Shown: one piece after another, positions 24,612-39,600 of the stretch
How the letters are laid out: every line of letters starts with the position of its first letter
How positions within the stretch are numbered: position 1 is the stretch's first letter
Source: Eledone cirrhosa
Lineage: Eukaryota
DNA length: 64,000 nt
Assembly (NCBI GenBank): GCA_964016885.1
Contig: OZ024740.1
Location: forward strand, 209,808,001 to 209,872,000
Direction of reading: 5' to 3'
Notes under the pieces: generated by a model
Seen by the model: the letters and a program-made list of their open reading frames with translations, nothing else
Database searches by the model: none
Told to the model about the DNA's origin: nothing
Made by a program: the position numbers and the translations under genes

Positions 24612-27600
24612 CTGTAGAGAACAAAACAATATCAGTTAAAACTGTAACATCAAAGCAATAGAGTTCATATACTAAATTCATTAGTACAGGTAATAATGCA
24701 AAATGATAAAAAACTAGAGTAATATTTTGTTGCTGAGACTAACAACAATCAGAATATTTGGATATTGAACTATTTTTACACATTAATAACTATAAAACCA
24801 AGTTAATGCTGCAACAACACATTACCTAGGAGGTATTTACTGATTGTATTTCATATATATATATATCATTTGGGTTTACATAAGTTGTGTCTTAACATTA
24901 CAACCTTCCTAGTGCTGGTGTTCTAGATCAAAGGTTCTCAATGGGGGGCATATGCACCCCTGGGGGGCGTTTGGGAGCAAGGTCGCATTAGGGGGGGGGG
25001 GAGCTTTGGAGCACTGGAAGGCTCTTTACTTTGGTAAGTTTTATAAGCCATATTTGTATGTCTTTGAGACAGCCAGTGTGAATGCATTTGAATGAGCATG
25101 CAGACAGCATAACTATGGTCTGACCGCAGCTGTGAGCAGGTGTGCAGGCATGTCCGGTAATTGAGATCCTAAAAATGGAAAAACCCACAGTCAACTGGGT
25201 CAAGGACACTGAGCGCAGCCAGTTAGAATCTTATCTTTCCTTCACCGATAACAATGTATTTCATGTGTGAAATTATTGACTCAACCGAAACGAGTTAACA
25301 CTATGTAGATCTATTTTATTCCCTATTGTATATATAATATTACAAAAAAAATAAAGAAAAGAAAAGAAAAAACACAAGTGGGTAGCACACACATCTAGGA
25401 CCACATGCAACACATAATCAGGTAATACAAAAATCTAGGACCACATACAACACATAATCAGGTAATACATACATCTAGGACCACATACAACACACAAGCA
25501 GGTAATATATACATCTAGGACCACATACAACACACATTGTATCGTGCTACGGACGATGCAAGAGCAATGGTCGGCCAACATAAGGGTTTCGTCACTCTTC
25601 TGAAGAGAGAAAATCTATCTGTATTTGTTGTTCATTGTGTCATTCATCGACAACACTTGGCTGCAAAGAAACTCAATAAGTCCTTGCAGGTGGCCATTGA
25701 TGTCATCAATTTTATCAAATAGCATTCCCTCAATGAACAAATTTTCCGGCAACTGTGCCAAGATAATGATGAAAATTCATCAAGTTGCTCCTTCATACTG
25801 AAGTGAGGTGGCTTTCAAAGGGCAAGTGCTTTACTCACTTCTTTGAACTCTTCGACTCTATCATTGAGTTTCTGCGAGGACGCAACACAGAACTGTACAA
25901 GAAAATCCCTACCTCACCGACATCTTCGACAAATGCAATAGCGTCATTTTGGCTTTGCAGGGGAAGAAGATCACCTTGCTTAAAGCAAGGAATGCTGTGA
26001 AAACATTCCTGGCCAAATTGAATGTCATCGAAAGGAATCTTTGTTGACGGGAATTCTATAATTTTTCTAGTGTCGCCAATGTTCAAAACATTGTAAGCGA
26101 TGACCAACTCCAAATTTATACCACTCACCTCCGTGCGCTACAAGACAACATGAGAGAATGATTTGTCAACCTTTTGCCGATGGACATCCCAATGTGGATA
26201 GCAGATCCCTTCATAGCTAACGTCGACAATTTGGACGTTAAATTTCAGGAAGAATTCATTGAACTTCAAGCAAATGACATGATCAAAATTAGATTTCCCA
26301 AAATAGGTGAACCCCTTTTTGGGGATGCAAGAGGAAATTCAGCGTCAATTTCCACACCTACATACAGAGGCTAAGAGATTTGTTCTGCCTTTTCCAAGCT
26401 CGTACTTAGTCGAGAGGAGGTTTGGTGCTGTTTCCAGACTGCACAGTAAGTCTCGCAACTGCTACAATGTAATTACACGTGGAGATCTCTGGCTACATTT
26501 TAGGAAAATTCAGCCTCACGTCAAAGAGTTAGCCAGACTCCATGAAGCTCAAGGGTCCCATTGAAATGAGGTCAAAGTTAAAGTAAGTTGATTTATCCGA
26601 AAACTTGGATATGCTATTGTTACAAAGCAAACTAACAATTTTTTTATTTGTAGTTGCAGTCTGACTGGACTGGAAACCATTTCACTTTCTCATTTGTTGT
26701 ATATATTTTACCATTTACTAATAAATATACCCTCCCACATGGTCATGAAAACCCTCTTCCGTGGTCTCTAAGCTCACAAAGCAGAGGGGACATCAAGTTA
26801 GATATCAACATTTATTCTGTCCGTTTCATTAAAGGGAACATTGGAAAGCTTTGAAATGATATAATTGCCACTTTCTTCCAGATAAGAGCACTCTTGGGAT
26901 AGACAGAGTTGCTCTTGTATAAATGTTCAAAATAGCTGGTAACGCCTGGTGGGAATATAACAAATTCAACTGGTCCTTATTCATAAAAAAGAACATTTAT
27001 GTTCCTATTTTTGAAATTTATATATTTCCTTTCAAGGAATGTATTTATACTCTCAGCTGCCTGCAATGGTATCTTTGGAATATTATTAATTTTTCAGTAA
27101 TCTACTGATATCAAAATCAGTAGTATATTGAAAAATGGAAAAATAGGGTCGGGGGGCGTTTCGGGATTTCGATTTTTGGCCTAAATGGGTTGAGAACCTG
27201 TGTTCTAGATGATCAATGCACCCAGTACATTCTGTAAAGTAGTTGATGCTAGAAAACCTGCCAAACAAATGGCCAGAAGAACTCTTTAGCTGTGTTGAAG
27301 AGGAGTAAAATTTTCAGCTGTGTCATGACAACCTCCCAAGTGCTGGTGCCATGATACAATATACATGGTAGAGCACAGGAACATATGTAAGTGAGATGTA
27401 GGCCCAGGCCCATCTGAGGTGACATGTCCAGCCCTTGCTAGCAGGTACAATGGATGTTAAATGATAATAATTGTTTCTACTTTTGGCACAAGGCCAGCAA
27501 TTACCCAGTACATTACTGGTACTTTATTTTAGCGACCCTGTAAAGATGAAAGGCAAAGTTAACCTTGGTGGGATTTGAACTCAGATCGTAAAGGGACATA

Positions 27601-30600
27601 ACTATGCTGGAAAGAATGGTGTCCAACTCTACTGATACTGCCAATCCACCATAATAATGATGATAATACACAATTAAAAAATATATAAGAATGTATTTTT
27701 CATTCAATTTTAGATTAGTTCTCAAAAGAAAGAATAATAATAAAAATAATAATTGGGCAATTAAAGGCAATTTCATATAGATTTATAATAAATTTACAGT
27801 GTAGCTGCTATATCTCCCTCTTCAAACTCCCTACTATCTTTAAAATAGGGAGCATATGTTTTTTTAATACTAAATTGTAGGACAGCATGCTTCACTAAAG
27901 GCAGAACAGCCATGACTAAAACATTGAAGTTGAACAACATATGAGCAAGCTGCTCATTTATGTGTATATCTGTGGCATATTGAGTGAAGAAAACACCTTT
28001 GTATCGTTACTAATCATTCATCTGGCTATCTACTCAACCCTTTAGCATTTAAACCGGCTATATACAACTAGGGTTCTCTCCCTCTGTTTAAACCAGCCGT
28101 AACTGGCCGCTCATACTGACCTTAAGATATTGTTCTCGAAATAAATAACATCAAAATCTCGTAGATTATGTAAGATAAAGCCTTTACAACAAAAATACAA
28201 TAGTATATATAGAGTAATGTAATAAAGGTTAAACAAAGACAGATGTCATCATCATCATCATCATCACCGTTTTACGTCCGTTCTTCCACGCTAGCATGGG
28301 TTAGACAGGTTGTCCTGTTGTGGGCAGTGTCTGGTCGGCTGACCATGCCTTGCTCATACAGGAACTGATTTGGCTTGATTTCTACAGCTGGATGCCCTTC
28401 CTAACACCAACCTCATTTACAGTGAGTGCTGGGTGCTTTTTCGTGGCGCCTACACATCCACTTTACAGTGTGGACTGGGTGTTTTCTTGCCATGGCACCT
28501 CCACAACCACCTTGCAGTGGGGTGTGTGGGGCATATTGTCTATATGCTTCAGCTTGTACCCATGGGAGGTCGGGTACTCTGTATTACTGCGTGACGCCAG
28601 AGGTCACGGTCGTGTGTCATCGCCTTTGAGAGGTGTAATTGGGTAAGGTCGGCTTTTATCACCTCATCCCAGGTCATCTTGGGTCTCCCCACTCCGCAGT
28701 TTCCATCGACTTCTAGTGCTCTGCACCTTTTTATGCAGCTGTCATCAAACTAAATTAATTGTTTATTAGTTCAATACCTTGTTGGTTTAATTACCTGGAA
28801 AATAGTGATAATAAACAGTAGGAGACTTTTAAGAAAGAATTTAATCCGAGAACAGTGGCTCCATAAGGTTATACAAATGTTTTTCACATTTACAAACTCA
28901 TTACACTATATTAAGCAAACTAATTTGATAGAGTTTCTAAGATATATTAAATAAAGTAATTAAAGATTTAGCTCTAGGTTATTTTAAATTACATAATTAT
29001 GATACAGATAAATTACATAGCTAAGTGTAAAATTAGCTGTATGGCTATGAAGTTCACTTTGTAACCATGTGGTTCCCACTGAACAGCACCCTGAAGAAGA
29101 GTTTTCTACTGTAGCCTTGAACTGAGCCGAATTGAATGCATTGGCATAAACTGTTTTATTTCCCAAGCATGGAAAAGTGGATGTAAAAACGATGATGATA
29201 TATATACAAGGGTAGAGAGGGCTTTTAAGTTCTATAGAGTGCAGGAACATATGTAAGACTGTTGATTGCTTTAAGCTGTAAACAAAGCACTCAAAAAACA
29301 CTGTAAACCTGCACTCATAACCCTCACTAAACCAAACCCTGACCTGCATTCCTGATTTTGTAAAGCAACCATGAACCACACCAGAGATGATTATTCAAAA
29401 TTTGAGAGTATTTTAAACTTACCTGTTTGAGACCAATTCCTTCCATGATGTTTACGAAGCTGAATAGATTTCCAAGAGTATTTTTAAGTTCTGTAGCAAC
29501 CTGAATCCATTTACTCAACACCTGCGCTCTCATTACAATTTTGTTCCAAATGAGAATTGTTGTGGCTACAAACAACTGCATGCTGTAACATCTACAATAG
29601 ATTATATATACCATTGATAATCATCATCATCATCATCATCATCAACGTTTAACGTCCGTGTTCCACGCTTGCATGGGTTTGGACGGGGGTAGTCCCACTT
29701 GAGGCAAGAGTGATTGTCTTGCTCGCATATGACTGTCTGGCAGGTTTTCTACAGTTGGATGCCCTTCCTAACACCAACCACATTTACAGTGTGGGTCTGG
29801 GAGGTTTTTACCGTGTTGCCTACACGGCCACATTACAGCGTGGACTGTGTGTTTTTTTGTCGTGACACCTACACGATCTCATTTGTTTCGGCCTGGATGG
29901 CGCGGCACCAACATAGATTAAATATATAGACAAGGGGTGGGGTGGAAAGAAAAGGTTTGAGATGATTCAAAAAAACATTAAACTAATGTAGTAAGAACAC
30001 ACAGAACTATTTAACTGTTGATAAGCCTTTCTCATAAGACAAGATTATGTCACTTAAGTCTGTAGATATTGCTTGAATAAGACAGAAAACATTTAACCCT
30101 TTAGCAATTACACTACTCTATATATACTATTGTATTTTCATGGTAAAGCCTTTATCTCACATAATATCAAATCTATGAGATTTTGATATTATTTATTTTG
30201 AGAACAATACCTTAACATAAGTATGAGCAGCTGGTTTGAACAGAAGGGAGTGAGAGAATTCTGGCCGGATACGGCCGGTTTAAATTCTAAATGGTTAAGA
30301 GAAACAAACTTTTCCCACTGCCAAGTTCAAAAGCACCACTAGGTCCTTAGGTGCTTCTAGTGGAGGACATGCTGTTGCAAACATTCAGGCCCAAACTCCA
30401 GTCTGAGGATAACTAAACAAGACTAAATTATCAATCTTTCACACACACTGCTTCTTTTCTTCTTTTCTTTCAACAATCTCAGAGACACTGTCCTTCCTCC
30501 CCTGACTATGCCATTTAAAAAACAAACCTTTAATCATGAAGAAATAGAGAAATCTGAGAGAGGGGAGAGATATTTTGATGTTTTACATTTTAGCCATTAA

Positions 30601-33600
30601 GTTAAATGTCAACAAAAAAAAAAATTCACAATCTGGTTTGTAGATATAGAAAATCAATAAATTAAAAACCATCGCCCCGACCTAGGCATAGAGCCTGTCA
30701 CCCTCTCCCATCTCCTCCTTCTGTGGCCTAATAGTTCTTGCTCTTTCCTTCCTTTTCTTCTCATTTATGGCATTTATAGTCCTTTCCTTTTCTTTCCTAT
30801 ACAGCCAGATCTGCCTTTCTTAACCCGTACCCACTTTTTTTTCATTATTTATATAATTAGGAAAATAATAATTTTAAAAAATATTGATAAATTCAAGAAT
30901 GAACAGTTGTAATGGCAACATTACTTCCTAAATCTATCAGTAGCAGCTACAACAGTTTTCCACACACATATATATATATATATATATATACCAGCTCTAT
31001 TATATCTATGTGTTGTTATTGTTTAAACCCATGTCAAACCAGATTAAGCTGACATATATGATTAAAGATGCTGAAATAGTAACCATCATGGCCATTGTTC
31101 AGACAAAGTGTACCTAGAACTACAAGAGTGGGCTGAAAAGTTCATAGGCTAACTATGAAGGAGTGAGACTAGAGCTGTGAAATCTTGCATGCATTAATTT
31201 CAACTCTTCTTATTAATAACTGCATTGTTTCTTTGCAGAGACTATGTTGAAAAATAAACAACATCTGAGACGAACTCATATGATGGTGGAGAAGGAGGAG
31301 AAAAATAAAAATAAGTTATGTAAATGTTCTCATCCCTCATGCAATACATCAAACAATGTTTAATATGAAAAGAATGTGGCTGTGACATATGGTATGTGAT
31401 ACAATTATAGATAGATTTTATTACTTCCCATACATTTGGTCATTAGACTTCAAATTACAGTACTTATTTAGCTATATATGAACACACACACACACACATT
31501 CTTTCTTTTGGCCTTCAACTCCAGATAGAGTTGTAAGGGTGTTGGCATAACATATATCATATCTTGGGCAATTGTCTTTTTTTCTTTTTAAACCAGGCAG
31601 AGCCCATCCCTATCCAGAGTCTCAACACAACCAATTTGAGAGAGTCACGACAAAAAGCACCCAGTACACACTGTAAATGTGGTTGGCGTTAGGAAGGGCA
31701 TCAAGTCATAGAAATCAAAGCCAAATCAGTTCTGTATGAGCAAGACACAGTCATCGGACTTGGCTTGTATCACAATGGGATAGCTAGACAAACCCATGCT
31801 AACATGGAAAATGGACGTTAAACGGTGATGATGATAAATTCAAGAATGGAGATGGAGAAGAAGAAAAAAAAGAAAAAGAAGGGAGAAAAGAAAAGAAAAG
31901 AAAAGAAAAGAAAAGAAAAGAAAAGAAAAGAAAAGAAAAGAAAAAGAATATTATTAATGTCTTTTAGGTCACCACTTTGTTTCTTGTCTTCCTTAATCTC
32001 CCTATTCCACAAAGTCCATCCCATCAAAGACATCTTTATGCAACTGTCCCTTTATACATCACATGTCAGTACCAGCACAAAGTATCTCTTACACACTACA
32101 TCTGACCCCTCTTACATCCACCTTTTCTTTCAGTTCATTTGTGAGTTGCATTATACATCTGGTGGAACATGCTTTCTTCATTTCTTTCCAGTTATTACAA
32201 ATCTTCCATGTTCAAGGCTCACACCTGGCTACTATGCAGTAGTACACTTCATACACATGCCTTATGCAATCTGGCCTTCACACCGAAAGGGAAACAATTT
32301 GTTGGCAGTAGAGGTAGTAGCTCCCTGAACAGCCCTTCATTTTGGCTACTGTACTTTCAATATATTCACTTCCTATAATTAGGTCACCTGGGTAGCAAAT
32401 ATAAACTATCTTCAAGCATTTGAAGGAGTTTATTTTGCAGCTATTCTTTCTGCCAACTGCTCTTGTGCATCTCCCAGATACAAAATTTACATTTTCTAAC
32501 AGCCAACCTGTAGCCCTCTTGTGTATTCATAGTTTACACTGGGTATACTGGATAGAATTTCTACTTTTCCTGCATATCAAGCACAACCATTTCTTTGATG
32601 ATAGCATGGCCCTGTCTTCTTGCCTACTCAATAAAACTTTGTGCTGTTTACCTTAAGGCCTTTTGATTCCAGGTTTTGCTTTTATGTCTGGAATTTCTTC
32701 TCTAAATTTTATAAAAACTAAGTCATCAGCATCCATGAGTTCACATGGACAGCCAGTTTGTTATGACCAGGAGAACTATAATAAACACAAGAGGGCTGAG
32801 AGCAGAACCCCAATAGATCATTATCTGCATGCTAAATTTATCACTGAACTCATTGTTAATTGTACTTCAGAATATAGCTTCTATGATCTGCACACTCCAT
32901 CTACACATAGGGACCAGATTACAGAGTGCAGCAGGAACTCTGTTGATGGTTTTTTCCTGGATGACTTTTAGCTAAATACCAGTTCTGCAGTTGTCTCACT
33001 AAGCTGTATGAAGTATTGTTTGTGTGGGACATAAACAAACAGCACCAATGGCTTCTTAAATGGTATTTATATAAAGATACCATGTGGAAACACACACATA
33101 TACATAGAAACAGTCACACACATACACTTCCTCAGTTTCCACCCATCAAATTTTAACGGACTATTAAAAATTGCTATAAACAATTAAATTACAATTGCAA
33201 GCTTTTCATGCATTTTCAGACATGGATATATTGTGATTTGTTATCTGTAAGGGGGCTCAGTTTTGATACACTGGTACAGGGTATAAAACTGAATCCTCTC
33301 TGTAAATTTGGAGCTTTACAATTAAATGTATTGTAAAGCTCCAAACTTACAGAGAAGATTCAGTTTTATACCCTGTACCTGTACGAGTGTATCAAAACTG
33401 AGCCTCCTACAGATAATGGATCACAATATATCCATGTCTGAAAATGCATGAAAAGCTTGCGACTGTAATTTAATTGTTTATAGCCATTTTTAATAGTCCA
33501 TTAAAATTTTATTGAAATGGTATCATGTCCTAAAATCTCACAATTTATTTAGTTCTATACCCACTACAAATGTGCCAATACTCAAGTCGCTGTGGAATGT

Positions 33601-36600
33601 ACTTTTGGATTTAGCTAAGTCTGAAATCACATGAAAAGCTTACGCTCACATTGCGAAATCAACTCTTTGCTACATGCAACACAATAGGCTTTCCATAAAT
33701 ATTTTTTAAATTGCCCCCTAAAAAGTTTAAGAACCTGAAAAAAAGAATAGGCAACTGCTATCCCATGGACATTATCAATTTGTGTAACTTGAAGATGATT
33801 ATCACCTCAGTTTAAAAGATATATATATACAAGTATCCCTATAGAGCTCCGTGGAAAGGACAACACAGTTTTCTTGATCATTTTCATGTCAAAATAGATT
33901 TTTTTCAATGGACAATTATATTTCATTTGAAAGTTCTGGATGTGAACATACTAAAATTATTATTTATTTCACTATACTAAGATAGTAACTGGTATAAAAT
34001 TATGTTGGAAGATTTTAATTTGAATAAGAACCATTTAAAACTTGGCTTTGTTTCATAAAAGCAGAGCTAGTTTGGGGTGGGTTACTAATAAAAAGGTTTA
34101 AAAAATAACCCAGATAATTGAAAGATGATTCTAATTTATATCTTACCTTTCCAAGATATCTTGCCGTAACATTGAACCTTGTGGTAATGTAATCAGTTCC
34201 AATCCAGACAGAACTCCAACTCCAAGATCTTCCTGTCCAAGAATGCGAATAAACTCTACATCAATCTTTGTAAGATGCTGAGCAATTCGTCGAGGATTGT
34301 CCATTAAAATGTCGTAGACTTTGAAAAAGACAGGAACATCTAAAGGTTTGTTTTCTTCGGGAATTAATGTACCATGGTAATTATGAAGGTTATAGCTCTT
34401 ACGAAAACCTTTCTCATTTGGAATGGTGATGTTTTTTGCTTTCATGTAATTAACATCGAAAATTTGTTCAATGTATTCTTCATTGATAGAATCTTTATTT
34501 GTTGGAAATTTTGATTTACTTGGAAATTTATTTTTTAAATGAGATTTACCATTTTTGTTAATATTTGTTCCTTGAGCTGAATTAACATTTATTAGATTTT
34601 GATGATAGGTAAATTCCAACTTTTTATCAGCTTTGATCCAGCTGGGTGTTGCCACAACCTGATCAAGCTCACTATAATCCATCTCATCATCGTATAATGC
34701 AGCATTTCGGATTTCAATGGTAGGCCTTTGCTTTGATTTGATTGAGGCAACCCTACTGGGTTTAGGAGGTGGAGCTTTAGATAGGCTGCTCTCTGAAGAA
34801 GCTGGATTTAGGGAACTTTCTGGCACTGTGAGGAATGTTGGACTTATTAGTTGTGGTGACAAGATTGGTTCACTACCACATCGACTGTGATGAATTGGAG
34901 GAGATGGCATTGTAGGGGTTGCTATTGGGGATAAAGATGAGCTATAACCAATTGAGGGAACACTGTCAGAGCGACCCAAGTGGGACGGTGAAAATGGAGC
35001 GTCAGAATTATGTTGTTCTAAACAGAGTACAGGCTGGCTACCAGTCCTTTTAGGAAGGCCTCTCATCCCAGTTGGACTGTCAGGGGGAGTTGTAGTTGGG
35101 GTCACAAAAGGACTTGGTTTAGGGCTAACATTTGGTGTGCTCGAATAAAATCCGTAGTTCTTATTCAGAGGAGAACCATACTTCATATCGTAATAACTAA
35201 GAGGTAATTTCCGAGGAATAGCTCTTTTCAGAATTACATTTGATGCCTTTGTTACGGCTTTAGAATATGTTACATAATAATCAATAAGACTAGGGATGGA
35301 TGTGAACTCATCATCTTCAAGTAAATAAATTATTTTGGGGTCAGCATATCCATCAACGAAAACTTTAGAATTTATAATGAAGTGCATAGGGACTCCATGC
35401 CAACCACAAGAAAGTACAAAGTCCCCTGGCTGTGATACACTGTCTCGGACAAGGTAGTCACCATTGGTAACAACTAATTGTTCAGCAGAAAGCCGACTGA
35501 TTTGACCATGGTACCAAGAATATGATCGTAAATCAGCTGGGTCACCTTGTAACTCTAGATGTAGATCAAGCTGTAGTTTCTCATTTGTAGCGTTCTGGTT
35601 GTTGTCATAAATAGTTGGTGAGAAGAAAGACCTGAAGAAACAGACACAACATAAAGATGGAATGAATTTTCACACAAAGTTTACATGACAAGTATGGCAG
35701 AACTGGAAATAAACAAATGTAAAGAAATTGCTAAATATGCAAAGAATATTTATGTGGGAAATATTGAAATAATATGTAAACTATTTGTGGTAATTATGTT
35801 AGATTTGGGTCATGATTTTGTAACAGTTGGATATGAGAGATAGAATTACCACTCAATAATATCACACACTCAAAGACACAAACATCCATACAAATTAACA
35901 AGGAAGTCTCTGTCAGGGCTTCCCAACCAGATAAATTTCATACATGAATGATAATTTAATTCTTTATAATATTTTTTCCTTTTCCTAATGTTTCATTTTT
36001 GTTTACATATTATTAAAAAATTAGATTATATATATTTGTTGCTCAAATTTAGTATTAATTCATTTTCTTTATCCTAAAATAAATTATTACTTTTTTAAGG
36101 GGTGCGAGAACATATTAAAAAATGTTTAGGGGTTCAGGCATGCAAACAGTTGGAGAAAACTGATCTATGTGATAGCTTCATCTGTAAGAAATAGCAACCA
36201 AATCTCCCTCAAATCACACCCTATGGTCTTAAAAAATAAAGAACACATTGGATAATGTAGTCCTGGGTGCCCAGGAAAAAGATGAGTTAAGCCTGTCCAT
36301 AACCCAAAGGTTCATCAAGTTGGAACTTATCCCAATTAATATTGGATTGGAGTTAAGTGATTAAGTGTACAAGGCTTCTTCACTAGGATGGGATGCTAGT
36401 CCATTGTATGGTTAACTTCCAGCTGCTGCTAGTTATTCATTTTCCTTGGCTGAGTGGACTGAGGAATGTAAAATGAAGTGGAGATGTGTAAATTTGTCTT
36501 TGTGCAAGTGTATATTTGTATGTATGAAAACACTCATATATGTATGCCACAATATATATAGTGTGTAAAGTGGTCATGTAGGTGACACGACAAAAAGGTT

Positions 36601-39600
36601 CCCAGTCGACATTGTAAATGTGGTTGTGTTAGGAAGGGCATCCAGACGTAGAAAACCTGCTAGAGACAGTTCTGTATGAGCGAGACATGGTCTCCTGACC
36701 AATCTTGCCTCAAGTGGGACAAAACCGTTTAACCTATGCTAGCATAGAAGATGGACGTTAAATGATGATGATGATGATGATGATGATGTGTGTTGAACAA
36801 TGAAAATAAAAATAAAACAAAAGTCAAAGATAGGTTCTTAATTAGTTCATTGTTTTATGATTGTTTCAGAGAGTTGATTGATCATGGTAAATCAATATAT
36901 TGTCGAATCCTAGTCACAACATCTTTGATCCATCTCATTGTCTTCTTCAGAAACAATGTGTGAGAGAGAAAGAGAGACTGTGTGTGTGTGTGTGTGTATG
37001 TGAGTGCTTGCATGTATCTGCCAGAATGTGTTCAGTAAAAACTTACGGTGGAGGTGGTGGTATATTGGTAAACTGTCCCCAAGAATTTCTTTTATCTGTA
37101 AATATAGAAAAAAAGTAACATGTTAACAAAGGTTCTTTAGCATGATGTAGATTGGTAAAGAAATAGCACACAGTGTGGTAAAAAGGTTTTAGCAGCAGTG
37201 TTGTGGTGAGTGTAGGTAATTGTTGCTTATTCCCAAGTTAACACTGACTCAGCAAACCTAAATCCAAAGGGATTTCAGCAGAAACCATCCCATATTTTTC
37301 CATGTCTACAACTACATTATCTAATGTGTCCTTTACTTCCTTAAGATGGTAAAGTGTGATTGGAGTATTTGGTTGATTTTTCTAGCAGATCAAAAAGGCT
37401 CCTTATTAGATAATAGTGTAGGTAGTAGTTTTGTGGGTAAGTAATAGGTCTGAATAGTTTGCAGTCAGTATTCATTCCCGCTTTCTGCACTCTGAATTCA
37501 AATCCTACCGAAGTCAATGCCTTTCATCTTTTCGATGTTGATAAAAAAAAGTACCAGTTCAGTAGTGGGACTGATTTTTCTTCTACAGCTCTCTATCGCT
37601 ATTCTTCTATGGAAGAAATCAGTTGTGTTCAGATCTGGAGAGGGATGGGCTCCAAGACACACCATTGGCACTATAGGGCTCCTTTAACTGCATCAAGAGT
37701 TACGGGTTCATACATGCAATGATATAGAAGTATATTTTGAATATTGGTTTTAGAATAGTAATAATACTAGTTTTCACAGAGCAGTGAAATTGATGTGGTT
37801 CAAGTTTCTCTCATACAGCTGTAAGTTAATGACTGCATGAAAAACATGAACAGAGAGAATTCCCATTGGGAAATCTGCTAAGTATAGGGTTTAGGGTCAA
37901 GGAAGGACATAATATGGGTGTGAAGAAGCAGAGAAACAAATGAATTTTGAAGGCCTGAGTGGAAAGGAAGATTGAACAAAGTGCCTAGTATGTACGAGGT
38001 GTGTGTGTGTGTGGGGGGGGGGGGGGTTTGACAAAGTGAGGCCTAGTAGAGTTGTTTAAAGCAAGGGAGGTGAATGAGACAGGTATATTTCTAGAGGTAG
38101 CCCAGATGAAACAAGATCAAAAGAAGAAAATCCAGATAGATCAAAGCATAAACTTAAAATTTGAGATAATCTCTTATATTAAGTTTTCATAGTAAATGGA
38201 CCTCCATCGGTTTCGATTATGAGTCTTTCAGTTGTTCAGTCAATGGATTTCTTGTCTACTTGTTAAATTGACATGTAAGTAGCTGAATATTCCACAGACA
38301 TAATTCTCAAGCAGATTCAGCAAGACATAGTGATAGACTTCCAAACAGTTTTTGTCTACCCAATTTCACCCACAAGACTTGGGTCAACCTGAAGCTATAG
38401 TAAAAGGTATTTGCCCAAGATGTCAGGTAGTGGAATCAAACCAAACATCTTATGATTGCAAACCATACTTCTTAATCATTCAGACATTTTTGTAGATTTA
38501 CATATTATTCAGGAAAACAATAATGCAAGAAAATAAAACAGTAGAAAGCCGTCTTCAAAATGTAAAATTAAATTAAAACAAACCTGAAAATTTGTTGGTG
38601 AAATAGAAGGAAAAGGTTTTTTAAATGCTAGCTTTGAATTGATGCTTGAAAACAGGTGATAAACATAAAACTGCAGATATGAAAAGGTTTCTGGGAGAAT
38701 CTTTTTTTTAAATTAAATTTTATTCATTTTATTATAAAGAAAAAAATAAACTTGCCAAATATTTAGATATATTTTGAGAATGGAACAAACCACTGCCATT
38801 TTACATAAATAGCTGAGTAAACATTTGAGGAAGTTTGAGGAAGGAGAAATACGTTTCAATGTCACAAAATATCATGAGCTAAGGAGTATCTATTATTGAC
38901 CTGTTTGCTATTCTATCATGACACCTTCCGCTATTTAAATCCTGGCACTGGCAGCTACCTGCCTAGAAATAAATCAGGAAACAGATTTAAAAGAATGTTG
39001 GAGTAAGCATGTTTCACCTGTTGAATTCTTATATTTATCTCGCAGGTAGCACAAACTTGAGACAAGCTTTGCCCGGTGAGCACAGTTCTTAACACCAAGG
39101 TCACGCAGGTCAGCTTCATTTAATGGCAGCAAATCCTGGAAATAGTGAAAGAAAGATTGTAATTTAGACACACACATTAATGTATACATATATATCATCA
39201 TCATCATCATTTTACGACTACTTTCTATGTATGCAATGGTTAGTATGTCAGGTCGCTCTCAAGTGCTACTGGTAACATGCTGTCCTGCCTAAGTGAGGTG
39301 GGGGGGGGAGACCTCATACTCTCAGTTACTTAATGCCAATGAAAACCAGAATAAGCACCAGTCTGATGAGCCTCTGGGCTTGGGACATACTGTAATTTTG
39401 ACCCTTTTTGATACCAAACTGACTGATACACAACTCATTATAAAATGTTTATATTTATATTAAATTTTTCCATCATCATTTTATTGAAGACATTTTAGAG
39501 TAATGTTCTAAATATTAGCTCATCTAACTTTACACTCCTAGTACATGCTGTAAAGTCATAGGCTCAAGGAAGAGTCTCTAGCCATTGAAAGTCTGAGCAA

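Larger units (their letters stand above)
24929..27202 (+). mobile_element. hAT (Buster/Charlie-type) DNA transposon with decayed transposase
   Basis: TIRs CAAAGGTTCTCAA / TTGAGAACCTGTG; exact 8-bp TSD TTCTAGAT (24921-24928, 27203-27210) with central TA. Confidence 0.92.

Noticed and set aside
38584-38670. Possible extra exon to repair the BCAR3-like phase
   Set aside because: Tested acceptors give stops or a phase 0 end; none yields the needed phase 1 to 2 exon.
39335-39390. GAAAACC...CTGATGAG hammerhead-like words
   Set aside because: Order and stems do not form a hammerhead; looks like a decayed SINE tail.
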